Positions 21,042 through 31,499 are shown, counted from the first letter of the stretch. The stretch is DNA of 64,000 nucleotides from Planctomycetota bacterium (GCA_965223265.1 OZ244999.1:3360001-3424000); one strand, 5' to 3'. The notes: a model not told the origin generated them from the letters alone. A program made the numbers and translations.

Positions 21042-22241
21042 CATGCTCGTTTCGCCGTAGCCGGTCATCTCGAGGTAGCCTTGCCCGCGAACAGAGGCTC
21101 CGTTTCGTTTTCCCGAGGCGCGGATGCAACCCTCCCAATAGGCGAAGCCGACGGTATCGAACGCTCGGAGCTCTTGATGTTCAACAGCCGCTTCGACGTT
21201 GAGAGTGATGGCTTCGCTCGGGATGGCGATTCGCCACACGACCGGATAGTACGTTTGTGTGTGAGGTGAGCGCCACTGCTCGCGAGGCTTCAGCGTGAAA
21301 TCAGCTGCTGAAATCTTCGTCACGGTTCCGTCCCGCGTACGCACCGTTCCGGAAGCAAAGCGAGAGGATTCTGCAGTTCCACCGTGGATGCGAAAGAGCA
21401 TGAGGTCGGTGCCGTCGTCGAGTTGTAGCGAGATCCAGTCCCAGCCGCGGTCTTCCGCTGTCAGGAAAGTGCTGCCGAACTCGTGGTCCATCCAACTGTG
21501 GCCGGTGACCTCTTCGCGGCGCCCAGCGACCACGATCGTGCCCTGCGTCTTCAAGCGAGTCAGCGAGTAGTAGTGTGAGGCGCTGTCTCCGTCAGCGCTC
21601 TTGCGGCTGTATCCGTTGCCGCCGTGAAGGAGTGGTGCTCTGGTGCTGGTGAGCTCGAGGTCTATTTCATACCCCTCAGTCGCTGCGAAGAGTCGGTGTC
21701 GACCTTGGTCGAGCCGTGCCGACCACTCCTCGACCCAGATGTGAAGATTCCCTTCTTGGGCGCCAGACCAACCGATCCCCGGGCGATCGAGGCGTTCTGC
21801 GTGATGAAATGCTTTTTCGGACACATCGGTGAGAGCAAAGTGAGCGACCAACAGGTGGCGGATCGCCCACGCCGACGGATTCTGCGTCTCTGGCCGTACG
21901 CCGACCCGAAAGAAAGTGAGCTGATATCCATAGCGGCTCCCGCCTGAGTTTGTGAGGTTGCCAGAATAGTACCACCACTCTGTCTTGTACTCCGGGTGTG
22001 CGCCATGGTCGTGAGGGAAGTGCAGTCGTCTTTCGGGGTCAGCTTGTGCCCAGCGCTGGTCGCTGTCGTCGGTCGGTGCGCGCAAGCTGCGCGCAGTGTG
22101 TGGGGATGTCTCCAACTCGTCCTGAAGACCGGGAGCGCCGCGGCGACAGTTAGAGTTGCTGGCCGTAGTGCTGATCAAAAAGAGGGCCACTAGCAGGCGT
22201 GTTGCCATGTTGGCGCCGAGCGAAGGTGCTTCAGTCTTCAT
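21024..22241 (-). CDS. AttH/CrtC-like lipocalin-fold secreted protein
   Basis: FPHDHGAHPEYKTEWWY, SWMDHEF, GWDW, YWEG, GYLEMTGY motifs; start overlaps the permease stop. Confidence 0.9.
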   Translation of the reverse strand: MKTEAPSLGANMATRLLVALFLISTTASNSNCRRGAPGLQDELETSPHTARSLRAPTDDSDQRWAQADPERRLHFPHDHGAHPEYKTEWWYYSGNLTNSGGSRYGYQLTFFRVGVRPETQNPSAWAIRHLLVAHFALTDVSEKAFHHAERLDRPGIGWSGAQEGNLHIWVEEWSARLDQGRHRLFAATEGYEIDLELTSTRAPLLHGGNGYSRKSADGDSASHYYSLTRLKTQGTIVVAGRREEVTGHSWMDHEFGSTFLTAEDRGWDWISLQLDDGTDLMLFRIHGGTAESSRFASGTVRTRDGTVTKISAADFTLKPREQWRSPHTQTYYPVVWRIAIPSEAITLNVEAAVEHQELRAFDTVGFAYWEGCIRASGKRNGASVRGQGYLEMTGYGETSMSRVFR

Positions 22242-24861
22242 CAATCTGCCATTTCGAGGCGGCGGCGAGGCGGCGGCGAGCCGACATGCGCCCCGAGTAC
22301 AAACCGGCGAGCAGCGCTGCAATTGCAACACAGGTGGTCGCTTGGAGCAGGAAAGTCCACGGTAGCCGGAATTGAATTGTCCAGTGAAAGGATTGAACGT
22401 TGATCACGTATACGAGGATCAAAGAGAGAAAGAACCCTGTAACCGCACCTATGAGGAGACTCGAGAGCGTCACTAAGGCGCCCTCACACGCGATGATGGC
22501 CGTGCGTTGGCGCGCTGTCGTCCCGATCGCTGTGAGCCGGGACAGTTCAATCCGGCGATCGAGGACAGAAGTCGTCAATGCCGAAACCAAAGCGAGAGCA
22601 GCGATGAACATCGCGATGATCTCAAGCGCGTAAGTGATAAGAAAGGTGCTGTCGAAAATGCGGCGAACTTCGCGACGAATCCCTTCTTGCTTTGCGATCG
22701 TGACATCCTGAATCGGGCTCAACAGACTTGCGATGCGCGCGCGAGCCAAATCTGGCGACACTTCTGGCTTCAAATAGAGTGCTAGGCTACGCACACGAAC
22801 CGGCGCATTCTCCGCCTCGAACAGCTTTTGGTACGTCTTATAGTCCATCAGAACGGTGCCACGGTGGTTCGAGTAATCGAAGAATACGGCGGCAATTCGC
22901 AGCTCGCGGGGACCGTGGCGTGTTCGCAGAGTGATCGCGTCGCCATTCCTTTTGCCGAAACGCAGCGCAAAACTTTCCGAAATGAAAACGTCCTCTGCGT
23001 CAGGGGGACTGCGAGGCGGAGACTTAAACGACAACCCTCCATGCGTCACGACGACACCGAGGTCTCGGACTGCCAACGAGGTGAGTTGACCAGCGTACTC
23101 GAGCTCTACCAACTTCGAGCGGTCGAGCGCTTGGACGTCGTCATCCTCGCTCAGCGCTTTGACAACATCCGGGAGCAGCGCCGCGTCTTGCGTCACCGTC
23201 TCGAGTGAAGTCGGTTTGAGGAAAAGGTCCGCCTGAAGCGTCTGGTCAGTCCAGTACATCACGGTGTCACGGAAACTGCCTACCATGATCGCGATTGCGA
23301 CGAGCATGGCAGCGCTGACTGCGAGCGAAGCAGATGCCAGCGAGAGTTGCGCCGCACTGGCGTTGACCTGGGCGGAGGCGAGTCGAAGCATGAGCAACCC
23401 ACGACGGCCATTCGCGACGAGCTGTTCCACGGAGTGAGCTACGACGCGCAGGGCGGGTGCGACGAGGAAACCTCCGCAAAGCAGGCAAAAGATCGCTGCG
23501 AAATAGCCAGCGACCGGCAGCCCATTTGATGCGGGGAGTAGGCTACAGACCACGGCCAGCGCTGCACAGACGATCGGTGCCGCCGACAGTTTGGGCATGC
23601 GACGGCTGGGTGGGGCGGGTCGCATAGCCTCGACGGGCTGGACCTGAGCTGCCTGCCTTGCCGGCCTCCAGCCGGACAGGACCGCAAGCACGACCGCAGC
23701 GAAAACGGCGACCGCGGCGGTTACAGCGGAGACGTTTGACGTTTTGATCACATCGGTGGCGGCCTGCGCGACGTAGAACGTCTCCACTGTTGTTGATGTG
23801 GCCTGCACGGTCCAGTCGGCCAAGTAGGTACCGAAAGGAACACCAGCGAGAGAACCGACGAGTGCGAAGAGAACGGCCTCGCTGAGAACGAGCACCGTCG
23901 ACTGGCGCGGGGTGACGCCGACAGTTGCCAAGAGACCGATCTCACGGCGTCGACGCCTTACAGAGGTGGAGAGTCCGTCGTAGAGAAGAAAGAGCCCGAC
24001 AACCACGGCCAAGGAACCTAGGGCATTTAGATTAAAGTGGAACGCCGCGATCATTCTCTCGACCTGCTCGATGCGCCCACTCGGGGTGCGGACGAAAAGA
24101 GATGAAGGGAGGCGCTGTTCGATCGCGCTCATCGCGCTTTCGACGGAGATATCTTCGGCCAACCTCAGGTCGACGCGATCCACCTCGCCAATGCGCCGCA
24201 GCGCGAGCTGGCCGGCGGCGATGTCCATAAGGACAAAGTTGTCGCCGAGAGTTCCCGCGAGGCCGGTTGGCCGCAGAACGCCACGCACGACATAGCGGCC
24301 TTCAACTCCGTCGAATCGTAGAGAGATCTCGTCGCCGACGTCGATCGCGTGCCGGTCACAGAACGTCTGGGTGAGAATGATCGCGCGGTCCTCACCGAGC
24401 AGCCGAATCAGCTCTCGACCGCTTGATGGGGCGGCGGCGTCGCTGAAACGCACCAGATCGTACTGGCGGATATCGTGATCTCGTAGGATGTCCACTGCAA
24501 GCACTTGCAAACGTTCCGGCGCAGGCGCTTGCGTGGGAGAAAAGGTGGCACGCCCTTCGAGCATCGGACTCAACCGGCCGAACTGACGTATCCATGCGAG
24601 ATCGGCCAAGAGTGCTTCGTCGAAACGCCCGGCCGCGGACACGATCTGCAAAGAGGCCTTGCCAGCGATTGACTCCGACGCGACTCGAAACGCGGCGAGT
24701 GAGGCGGAGTTCGCGGTATGGATCGCGATCGGCACCGCGACGGCGGAGGCCACTCCGACGAGAGTGACGACAGATCGCAGCCGACTCCGCCAGATCTGTC
24801 TCAGCAGCAGAGCGTTAACGAGGAACCGAAACGCTCGGAGGCGACGACTCAAATCGTCCAT
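22231..24861 (-). CDS. ABC transporter permease, duplicated MacB/FtsX type (AttF/G-like)
   Basis: 876 aa; two periplasmic + FtsX units; RRREIGLLATVG; INVQSFHWT motif. Confidence 0.9.
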   Translation of the reverse strand: MDDLSRRLRAFRFLVNALLLRQIWRSRLRSVVTLVGVASAVAVPIAIHTANSASLAAFRVASESIAGKASLQIVSAAGRFDEALLADLAWIRQFGRLSPMLEGRATFSPTQAPAPERLQVLAVDILRDHDIRQYDLVRFSDAAAPSSGRELIRLLGEDRAIILTQTFCDRHAIDVGDEISLRFDGVEGRYVVRGVLRPTGLAGTLGDNFVLMDIAAGQLALRRIGEVDRVDLRLAEDISVESAMSAIEQRLPSSLFVRTPSGRIEQVERMIAAFHFNLNALGSLAVVVGLFLLYDGLSTSVRRRRREIGLLATVGVTPRQSTVLVLSEAVLFALVGSLAGVPFGTYLADWTVQATSTTVETFYVAQAATDVIKTSNVSAVTAAVAVFAAVVLAVLSGWRPARQAAQVQPVEAMRPAPPSRRMPKLSAAPIVCAALAVVCSLLPASNGLPVAGYFAAIFCLLCGGFLVAPALRVVAHSVEQLVANGRRGLLMLRLASAQVNASAAQLSLASASLAVSAAMLVAIAIMVGSFRDTVMYWTDQTLQADLFLKPTSLETVTQDAALLPDVVKALSEDDDVQALDRSKLVELEYAGQLTSLAVRDLGVVVTHGGLSFKSPPRSPPDAEDVFISESFALRFGKRNGDAITLRTRHGPRELRIAAVFFDYSNHRGTVLMDYKTYQKLFEAENAPVRVRSLALYLKPEVSPDLARARIASLLSPIQDVTIAKQEGIRREVRRIFDSTFLITYALEIIAMFIAALALVSALTTSVLDRRIELSRLTAIGTTARQRTAIIACEGALVTLSSLLIGAVTGFFLSLILVYVINVQSFHWTIQFRLPWTFLLQATTCVAIAALLAGLYSGRMSARRRLAAASKWQIDED

Positions 24862-25513
24862 CTCTCATTCGCAGATTTCGTGATGCTGTGGCCGCCACTT
24901 CCCTGTCATGGGTCGCCAGGACAATCGTAACTTTTGACTCGCGGTTGAGCTTTTCGAGAAGCTCAAGGACGACTCTCGAATTGACGCTGTCGAGGCTTCC
25001 GGTCGGTTCGTCAGCGAGGAGGAGTACAGGATCATTAGCGATCGCCCGGGCGATCGCAACGCGCTGCAGCTCACCTCCCGAGAGCTCCGAGGGAAACCTC
25101 CGCGTGTAGTCCGCCAGGCCGACGGAAGCGAGAAGGTCCGTGGCGCGCTGTCGAGCCGCCGTCGGCGTCGTTCCCGCCAGGATCAGGGGCAGCGCGACAT
25201 TCTCCACCGCGCGCAGAGTCGGGAGGAGGTTGAAGAACTGAAACACAAAGCCAACCTTGCTGCGACGAACGAGCGCAAGGTCGCGCTCATCCAGCTGGTC
25301 GAGCCGCTGCCCCGCGAGTCGAACGCTGCCGTGCGACGGGCGGTCCATTGCGCCTGCAATGTGAAGGAACGTGGACTTGCCGCAGCCTGAAGGGCCGGTC
25401 AGAGCGAGAAACTCACCGGCCGCGACGTCGCAGTCAACGCCGCGGATCGCCTCCACGGCTTGCGGCGGCCGACCGTAGTTTTTTTCTACGCTACGAAATT
25501 CGAGGAGAGGCAA
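24815..25513 (-). CDS. ABC transporter ATP-binding protein (LolD/AttE-like)
   Basis: GPSGCGKS, LSGGELQRVAIARA, LLADEPTG; probable TTG start 25513, 10 bp after the upstream stop. Confidence 0.92.
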   Translation of the reverse strand: MPLLEFRSVEKNYGRPPQAVEAIRGVDCDVAAGEFLALTGPSGCGKSTFLHIAGAMDRPSHGSVRLAGQRLDQLDERDLALVRRSKVGFVFQFFNLLPTLRAVENVALPLILAGTTPTAARQRATDLLASVGLADYTRRFPSELSGGELQRVAIARAIANDPVLLLADEPTGSLDSVNSRVVLELLEKLNRESKVTIVLATHDREVAATASRNLRMRDGRFESSPPSVSVPR

Positions 25514-25523
25514 AGGTTCGCTT

Positions 25524-26450
25524 TCAAGCGAAGTACTCGCGCCACAGGAGGCGAGCCCAGATCGGCAAACGTTGGCGGTTGACGACAACGCCCGAGATTT
25601 GGGCATTGGAATCCTCGGCAACCTGTATGCAGCGATCGAGCTCGGCGAGACGCGTCTTGCCGGCGGCCGTGACAAGGTAGAGACGGTCGGCGACAGGGGC
25701 GAGAAAGACGTTGGAAGACTCTTTGGCCAGAGGTGGCATGCCGATCACGGTGAAATCGAAATGTTGCTTCAGCGTGTCGAGAAACGAGTGCAACTGCTTG
25801 TGTGAGAAAAACTCGAGGCTCTTCTCTCCCAAGGCGTTTCGTAGGAAAAAGACGTTCGGCTTCTGCGGGTTGTAGTAAGTCAAAAGACGGCTCGGGCCGC
25901 CGTCGACACTGCGAGTTCGTTTGGTGAGCGACAGGAACTGAGTGACCGCCTCGAAGCGTTCAGAGTCGAACGTGCCGTCGAGATAGGCGATGCGAAAGTG
26001 CGTGTTGGAGCCGAGCGCCAAAGAGAGTAGCAGCGAGATGATGTCGGAGCCTTCGTCACCTTGGACATCCGCCATAGCGACCGTCAAACCAGTGCCTTGC
26101 GTGCCTTCTTTGAGCTTGGAGCGAATCACCGCGTCGCGGAGCTGAACGAGCGCTTCTTGCATACGGCTGTCAGAGGCGACTCGAAGCAGCTGGCGAAAGA
26201 ATGACTTGTGATCACGATACCTCTTCGGCAGTCGAAACTTGCCGTTGAGGTCGTATCCCATGAGCGACGTGTTCTTCGGCGCTCTGGCAAGCGCTCGCTC
26301 CCTCGAAGAAGAGTCGTTCGCAGCACCTCGCTCGGGGGGACGGCCGCGCGGCGGTTCGCCGGATCCGCGCTCGTCCATGCGGCGCGTTTCGTGTGTTCCG
26401 GGTTCGTCAGCCATTTCGCTCTCGCGAGATTCTCTCTCCGTCGTCTTCAT
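25524..26450 (-). CDS. CpsD/CapB-like bacterial tyrosine-kinase homologue, catalytic motifs degenerate
   Basis: Fold-typical segments LKQHFDFTVIGMPPL, LVTAAGKT, ISGVVVN; ATGA-coupled to the Wzz-like gene; Walker A reads GDEGSD. Confidence 0.72.
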   Translation of the reverse strand: MKTTERESRESEMADEPGTHETRRMDERGSGEPPRGRPPERGAANDSSSRERALARAPKNTSLMGYDLNGKFRLPKRYRDHKSFFRQLLRVASDSRMQEALVQLRDAVIRSKLKEGTQGTGLTVAMADVQGDEGSDIISLLLSLALGSNTHFRIAYLDGTFDSERFEAVTQFLSLTKRTRSVDGGPSRLLTYYNPQKPNVFFLRNALGEKSLEFFSHKQLHSFLDTLKQHFDFTVIGMPPLAKESSNVFLAPVADRLYLVTAAGKTRLAELDRCIQVAEDSNAQISGVVVNRQRLPIWARLLWREYFA

Positions 26451-27991
26451 TTCGGGAACACCGTAGTCACTGGGAGTTGGAAGTCGTCCATCACGTCCGA
26501 CTTGAAACGAATCTTGCCGCACAAGAGCTCAGCGAGAATCGCGAAGCCGATGCCAACCCCAACGCCTCCGAGGCAACCAAACAGAATCAACTGCAGGCGG
26601 TTTGTCTTGAAAACCGACGAGCGCGGTTCCTCAACCGGGCGTAGAATCACCGGCTCGACGTTTCCGAGTTCTTCCGCCTTTCGTGCCTGTTGGAGCAGCT
26701 CTTCTTTTTTATTTAGTTCGAGGACGAGATTCTCTCGCTCCCTGACAAGGCGTGCGAGTTTTTTGGCGCTCTCTAACCGCTGCTGATAGCGGGCAATCCA
26801 CTTCCTGATTCGCTCGCGCTCTTCCTCCCTGAGGGCTTCGACTTCGCGCTGCCGCTTGGCGAGTACAGCTTGATATCTGGCGTCGGCGCTCTCTTCGGTC
26901 TCTTCTTCGTCGTCGTCGCCACCGCCAATATGAAGAGCGGCGAGAGTGTCCTCGCGCTTCTCCTCAAGCTCGGCGATCTCCTCGTTGAGTCGTTCGATTG
27001 TCTCGTTTGCTTCCGCGATCACCCTCTTCTTCTTCGATTTGATGACCTTTGCCTGTGCCTCGTTGCGCAGGACTCTTTTGAGACTGATCTGGGCGTCCAG
27101 TTCCTCGAGTACCGGGTCATCGGCGACCTTGCTTGGCGGCGGAGCGCCCGGGCCCTGGTAGGCCCACGGGGTGGGAACTGGCGTCAGGGGATCGGTTGGT
27201 AGTATGGAACTCGACTGTATGAGACGACGTTCGTATTCGTCGAGGTCGCGACTCGACGCGGCGATCTGATTTCGGATCGAGTCACTGTCCTCATTGAGGA
27301 CGTCGGGGTTGTTTTTATCGAAATCCTCAAGCGATTGGCTGATTTTCTGGACGTCGCCCATATTGATCTCAACCATCTCGCTAAGCCCTCTGACGTGGAT
27401 GTCGACCTCATTGGCAAGGGCATGTTCTCTGTAGGTGGTAATCCAAGTCTCGAGCTCTTTTGTGATGTACTCTCGCGAGCTCCCGACAACACGGAACACG
27501 AGGAGGTTCCCAGGCTTGGGAGTCACATCGGACCGGGCGAGAAAAGCGTCGACCAGCGTATCATCTCGGGTGCGACCATCGCCGCCCTGAACGTTCGGAA
27601 AGAGTTGACCGCTGACCTTCTTTTGGATGCGGTTGAAGAGACTCTTCTCTTTTGTCGACTTTGAGTCTCCACCCGTATGCTGCTCCATCTCTTGCACGAC
27701 CGTCCGGATGACCGAGGTGGTCCGGGCGAGCTCCGAGTGGACGACCGTGTTGGCGTCGAGTCCTCGGGGGTTCGTGGCTCTCAGCTGCTGTCGCTCAGAA
27801 GATTTCAACACCTGATATTTTGCGACGGCCTCGTAGATCGGCGCCTGCGTCGTGATGTAGGCCCACATGGCGACGCCGCCGGCCAAGAGACAGACGAGGA
27901 CGCCCAGCCAGTGGGACGTCAAGGCATAGAGCAGCTCGGGAGGGCGCGTGACGATTCGGAAGAGCCTGCGCTGCAGAAACTGAGCGTTCAT
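26447..27991 (-). CDS. Polysaccharide co-polymerase / chain-length determinant (Wzz/GumC-like)
   Basis: N-terminal TM + PIYEA motif, long coiled coil, C-terminal GCLGGVGVGIGFA TM, then DVMDDFQLPV. Confidence 0.82.
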   Translation of the reverse strand: MNAQFLQRRLFRIVTRPPELLYALTSHWLGVLVCLLAGGVAMWAYITTQAPIYEAVAKYQVLKSSERQQLRATNPRGLDANTVVHSELARTTSVIRTVVQEMEQHTGGDSKSTKEKSLFNRIQKKVSGQLFPNVQGGDGRTRDDTLVDAFLARSDVTPKPGNLLVFRVVGSSREYITKELETWITTYREHALANEVDIHVRGLSEMVEINMGDVQKISQSLEDFDKNNPDVLNEDSDSIRNQIAASSRDLDEYERRLIQSSSILPTDPLTPVPTPWAYQGPGAPPPSKVADDPVLEELDAQISLKRVLRNEAQAKVIKSKKKRVIAEANETIERLNEEIAELEEKREDTLAALHIGGGDDDEEETEESADARYQAVLAKRQREVEALREEERERIRKWIARYQQRLESAKKLARLVRERENLVLELNKKEELLQQARKAEELGNVEPVILRPVEEPRSSVFKTNRLQLILFGCLGGVGVGIGFAILAELLCGKIRFKSDVMDDFQLPVTTVFPK

Positions 27992-28031
27992 CGAATGACT
28001 CCGTCCACGGCTGAAAGTTCTATAGAAATCA

Positions 28032-31000
28032 TTATGACGTTGCCGAAGCGCTGTCGGGCCTCCGGCCTGAGCTGCGATCGGCACCCTCTGATGCCTGTCG
28101 GATGGCTGACTTGACTTTCATCAGCAGGTCGTCTGCCTCACTTCGCGTCGAGAACTTCAGTGACTTCAGGGCCTCTTCGAGGGTGCTCCTGGCGAGCTCA
28201 TGATCTTCCAGGCTATGAAGGACGACAGCAAAGCGATAGAGATAATCTGGCTTCCTAGACGATTCTACCAGTTGAGCGTAGATTTCCTTGGCTTCGATCT
28301 TCCGTCCATTGCGGAAAAGCGCCCAACCGTAGGTGTCACGCACCAGGTTTTGTCGGTCTCCATTGCCCGGGACGTCTTCCGTCGCCGCTTCTAGGGCGTC
28401 GCGGGCCAGCTCGAGACCACGCTCGCGATCCGCTTCATCAACGCTCTCGACGAGTCCCCAGGCGAGGTTATTCAGTAGACCCAACGGCGGCTCGATTTGG
28501 TCTCGCTTGTAGGCGGCCAAGGCCTTTCGATAATGTTCTACACTGCGCAGACGATACTCTTGTCGAGTGAAGCGACTCAGGGTGGTTTCGCTGAGGCGAG
28601 AGGACCGATCGCCCAAGAACAGATGGCACAGCCCCTCGAAGGCGGTCACCGTGCCGAGACGTTGACGAACAGCAGGATACAAGGCTTCTTCAAGCTCTGC
28701 CACGCGGTTTCTGCTCTTGGCAATTTGCCACTGCTGCGCGATCCAGGCCAGACGCTGGTCAGGTGATAGGGCGGGGCTCTCCAGAACCCGGTCGAGCACC
28801 TCCGCCCATGCCGACCCTGAAGTTTCTTGCGTCTCAACGAAGCGCTTGACCCGCTCGATCCCGTCGGCGCCTTGGCGTTCGTCAGCAAGGGAGGACAACA
28901 GAGGCCAAAGAGTCGTTGATCGCGGATGAGTGCAGCCGAGTGCGAGCAGAAGTTCTCGAGCGGCGATGTGTTCGCCTGCTGCCTGGAGAAAGCGAACCAT
29001 GGCAGCGTGACCTTCCCCGCTGACACGCGGCGCGGCCCTCAGTAGGTCGACCGCAGCCAAAAACTGTTCCTTTGATGTCGGCTCACCAAGCTTTGTCGGC
29101 AGTACGATCGTCTCGGCCAGCGCCAAATAGGCGGGCAGGAATGTCCACTCGGTTTGGATCACCCGGCGCAGCGTCTGATTGAGGAGAATCTGCTGGCGGA
29201 GGATGTCCTGCTCCGGCAAGTCCTGCGCACGGCGATAAAAGTAGCGATGGCGATGAGCCTGAAAAAGGATCCAGAGCGGCTGGTGGTGATATCGCTCGTC
29301 CTTGACCATCCCTTCGATTTCAGTGATGAGCTCCTCCGGGACGTCGTCTTCCGGGGTGAGCTCGCGCAGTCGAATGTTCAAAAGTTCGAGCTGGTTGGCT
29401 GGAAAGTCGGGACTGCGTCGGTACTCCTGCTTAGCTCGCACCAATTTCTGCTTGTGCTCCGCCGAGTCGGACGCCAACCGGGACGCCTGCTCCAATTCGG
29501 AGGTGCCACGGAGGAAGGCCACGAAGCCACCGAAGTCGCTCTGAATCGAACCGGAGTCGCGGAGTGCAGCAGCGTAGTCACCGAGAAGAAGCGATTTCAA
29601 CGCCGAGGAGAACTGGTGGAGCTCTTTCTTGTTGCTGTTCGGAAAGAGCGGTTCTACGAATCGGTCAAATGCAGCGCCTTCGTTCTGGCGCATGTAATGG
29701 CGAGTGAGTTGTTGCAGGACCCTCAGAGACTGGGGATCGGCTGCAGGCTGTTCGAGAAAAAGACCAAGGAACTCCGTCAACGCGCTCTCGACGGCGTCGT
29801 CTTGATCCGCGCCGTCTTTGCTGACGATTTCAAGAAAAGTCTGGGCGATTTGGCGGCGGATCTCGCGGCTAGCCGGAAACCTCTGGCGCCCTTGACGCAG
29901 GCTCTCGACGGCCGGTGCGCGACCTGAGACCGCCTTGACGATACCGGCGACGACGAGGTGCTCCGAAGCCGTTTTGGTGTTCGCGCTTGCCTCGCTCAGA
30001 AGGACGTCCAGTCGACTCTTGGCCTCTGCTTCGAGTGACTGAGATTGCCGCGCTTTGACCAAAAAACGAGCTTTCGACGCTAACTCTGCGAGTATAGGGC
30101 CGGAGTCGAGCGACACATCGAAGAAGTGAAAGGCTGACGGGTCGCCTGGTCGCAGATCCAGAGTCGACTGGGCAAACGACAGGGCATGCGCCATCCTCTC
30201 GCTCGGTTCGCGGTCTCGAAGCGCCGCGTCGAGCAGCGGCAGGGCGGTCTCGGTGTCACCGCTCTTGAGGAAGCTGAAGCCGCGCAGCGCTTGAAACGTC
30301 CAGCTCAAGTCCGACTCGGGAAGATCAACGCCGTCAGCCACCCGCTGTGCGAGCTGCAGCGTGCCGCCGGGCTCGTGGAGTCGCGCAAACTGACTCGAGC
30401 GAAGGTAAGCCTTAGCGATTTCGACGAGATCGAGGAGGTAGCGTCTCGTCTCGATCTCCTCATGGTCGAAGTTTTCAGTCTTCGTTCGGTCGAGGGAAGC
30501 TTCGACGCGACTCACGGCCTCTTCGGGGAGGAGAGAGTCGAGAGCAACTAAGAAAAACTCGTCCGCATCCGAAAGCCATTTCTCCTCACCTCGTGTGTCG
30601 CCGCGCTGGTTCGCGGCATCGGCTGCAAGGAGTGCAAGCCTCCCGAGCACAGATGCCAAAGCCTTCGGCGGCGGCTCATCCACCCTGAGCAATTCTCCGA
30701 GGCCGTCGGCTGCGGGGTCTTCATCGTCGGCTCGGATCAGGGCGCGGCGCTCAATCATGCGAGCCAGCCACCAGCGTCGCTGCTCGTCCGTCGCGAACTC
30801 CTTCAGAGCATCGCTCTCGATCAGTTCTCGAGCTTTGTCGAGTGAGGCGCGGGCAGACGCAGCGAGCTGATCAGGATCCTCGGGGCAATCCAGTGAATCG
30901 GGGCGATTGGTCCCTCGACAGAGCCGGTCCTGCGAGGACTGGGCGATTGCGATGGCTGTGTGCACCCAGATCTTCTCGGGTAGCGTTCTCGCGTAGGTTT

Positions 31001-31499
31001 GGAGAGCGCGTTGATACAGCGCGACCGCGCGGGTCGGGTCCAACGAATCGGTCGCGATGATGCCCAGCTCGATCGTTGCCTCAAGCGGAAGAACATCGAC
31101 GATGCTTTGCGCGTAGGCCCGGGCCTCTCCAAATCGGTGCAATCGACGCGCGACGCGAGCGCGATGCAGGTTGATCGGTAGTGTATCCGTCGCACCGCTC
31201 TCCAATACCGAACTGTAAATGGCGAGAGCCTCCTCGAGACCCTTTTGAGTGTTTTGGTGCTCGAGGATCTGCGCTCGCATCACCAAGTCATACGTGGATT
31301 CAGGAATGAGCTCGAGAACCCTCTTGTTGACCTCTTCGGCGCGCTCCAGATCTTCGATTTGCGAGAACAACACCGCGGTCGCTTCTCTCCAGCGCCGGAT
31401 CTTCTTGTCGTACGTGTCGCGAAGGAGAAACCAGGGGATTCCGCCCAAGACGACGAGAATCAAAACAACCGCGATGATTCGCTTCAAAGTTGGTGTCAT
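28032..31499 (-). CDS. Large membrane-anchored TPR-repeat protein (PrsT-like position)
   Basis: 1155 aa, N-terminal TM, helical repeats with LNNLAW and DTYGWALF; ATGA-coupled to EpsI. Confidence 0.8.
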   Translation of the reverse strand: MTPTLKRIIAVVLILVVLGGIPWFLLRDTYDKKIRRWREATAVLFSQIEDLERAEEVNKRVLELIPESTYDLVMRAQILEHQNTQKGLEEALAIYSSVLESGATDTLPINLHRARVARRLHRFGEARAYAQSIVDVLPLEATIELGIIATDSLDPTRAVALYQRALQTYARTLPEKIWVHTAIAIAQSSQDRLCRGTNRPDSLDCPEDPDQLAASARASLDKARELIESDALKEFATDEQRRWWLARMIERRALIRADDEDPAADGLGELLRVDEPPPKALASVLGRLALLAADAANQRGDTRGEEKWLSDADEFFLVALDSLLPEEAVSRVEASLDRTKTENFDHEEIETRRYLLDLVEIAKAYLRSSQFARLHEPGGTLQLAQRVADGVDLPESDLSWTFQALRGFSFLKSGDTETALPLLDAALRDREPSERMAHALSFAQSTLDLRPGDPSAFHFFDVSLDSGPILAELASKARFLVKARQSQSLEAEAKSRLDVLLSEASANTKTASEHLVVAGIVKAVSGRAPAVESLRQGRQRFPASREIRRQIAQTFLEIVSKDGADQDDAVESALTEFLGLFLEQPAADPQSLRVLQQLTRHYMRQNEGAAFDRFVEPLFPNSNKKELHQFSSALKSLLLGDYAAALRDSGSIQSDFGGFVAFLRGTSELEQASRLASDSAEHKQKLVRAKQEYRRSPDFPANQLELLNIRLRELTPEDDVPEELITEIEGMVKDERYHHQPLWILFQAHRHRYFYRRAQDLPEQDILRQQILLNQTLRRVIQTEWTFLPAYLALAETIVLPTKLGEPTSKEQFLAAVDLLRAAPRVSGEGHAAMVRFLQAAGEHIAARELLLALGCTHPRSTTLWPLLSSLADERQGADGIERVKRFVETQETSGSAWAEVLDRVLESPALSPDQRLAWIAQQWQIAKSRNRVAELEEALYPAVRQRLGTVTAFEGLCHLFLGDRSSRLSETTLSRFTRQEYRLRSVEHYRKALAAYKRDQIEPPLGLLNNLAWGLVESVDEADRERGLELARDALEAATEDVPGNGDRQNLVRDTYGWALFRNGRKIEAKEIYAQLVESSRKPDYLYRFAVVLHSLEDHELARSTLEEALKSLKFSTRSEADDLLMKVKSAIRQASEGADRSSGRRPDSASATS

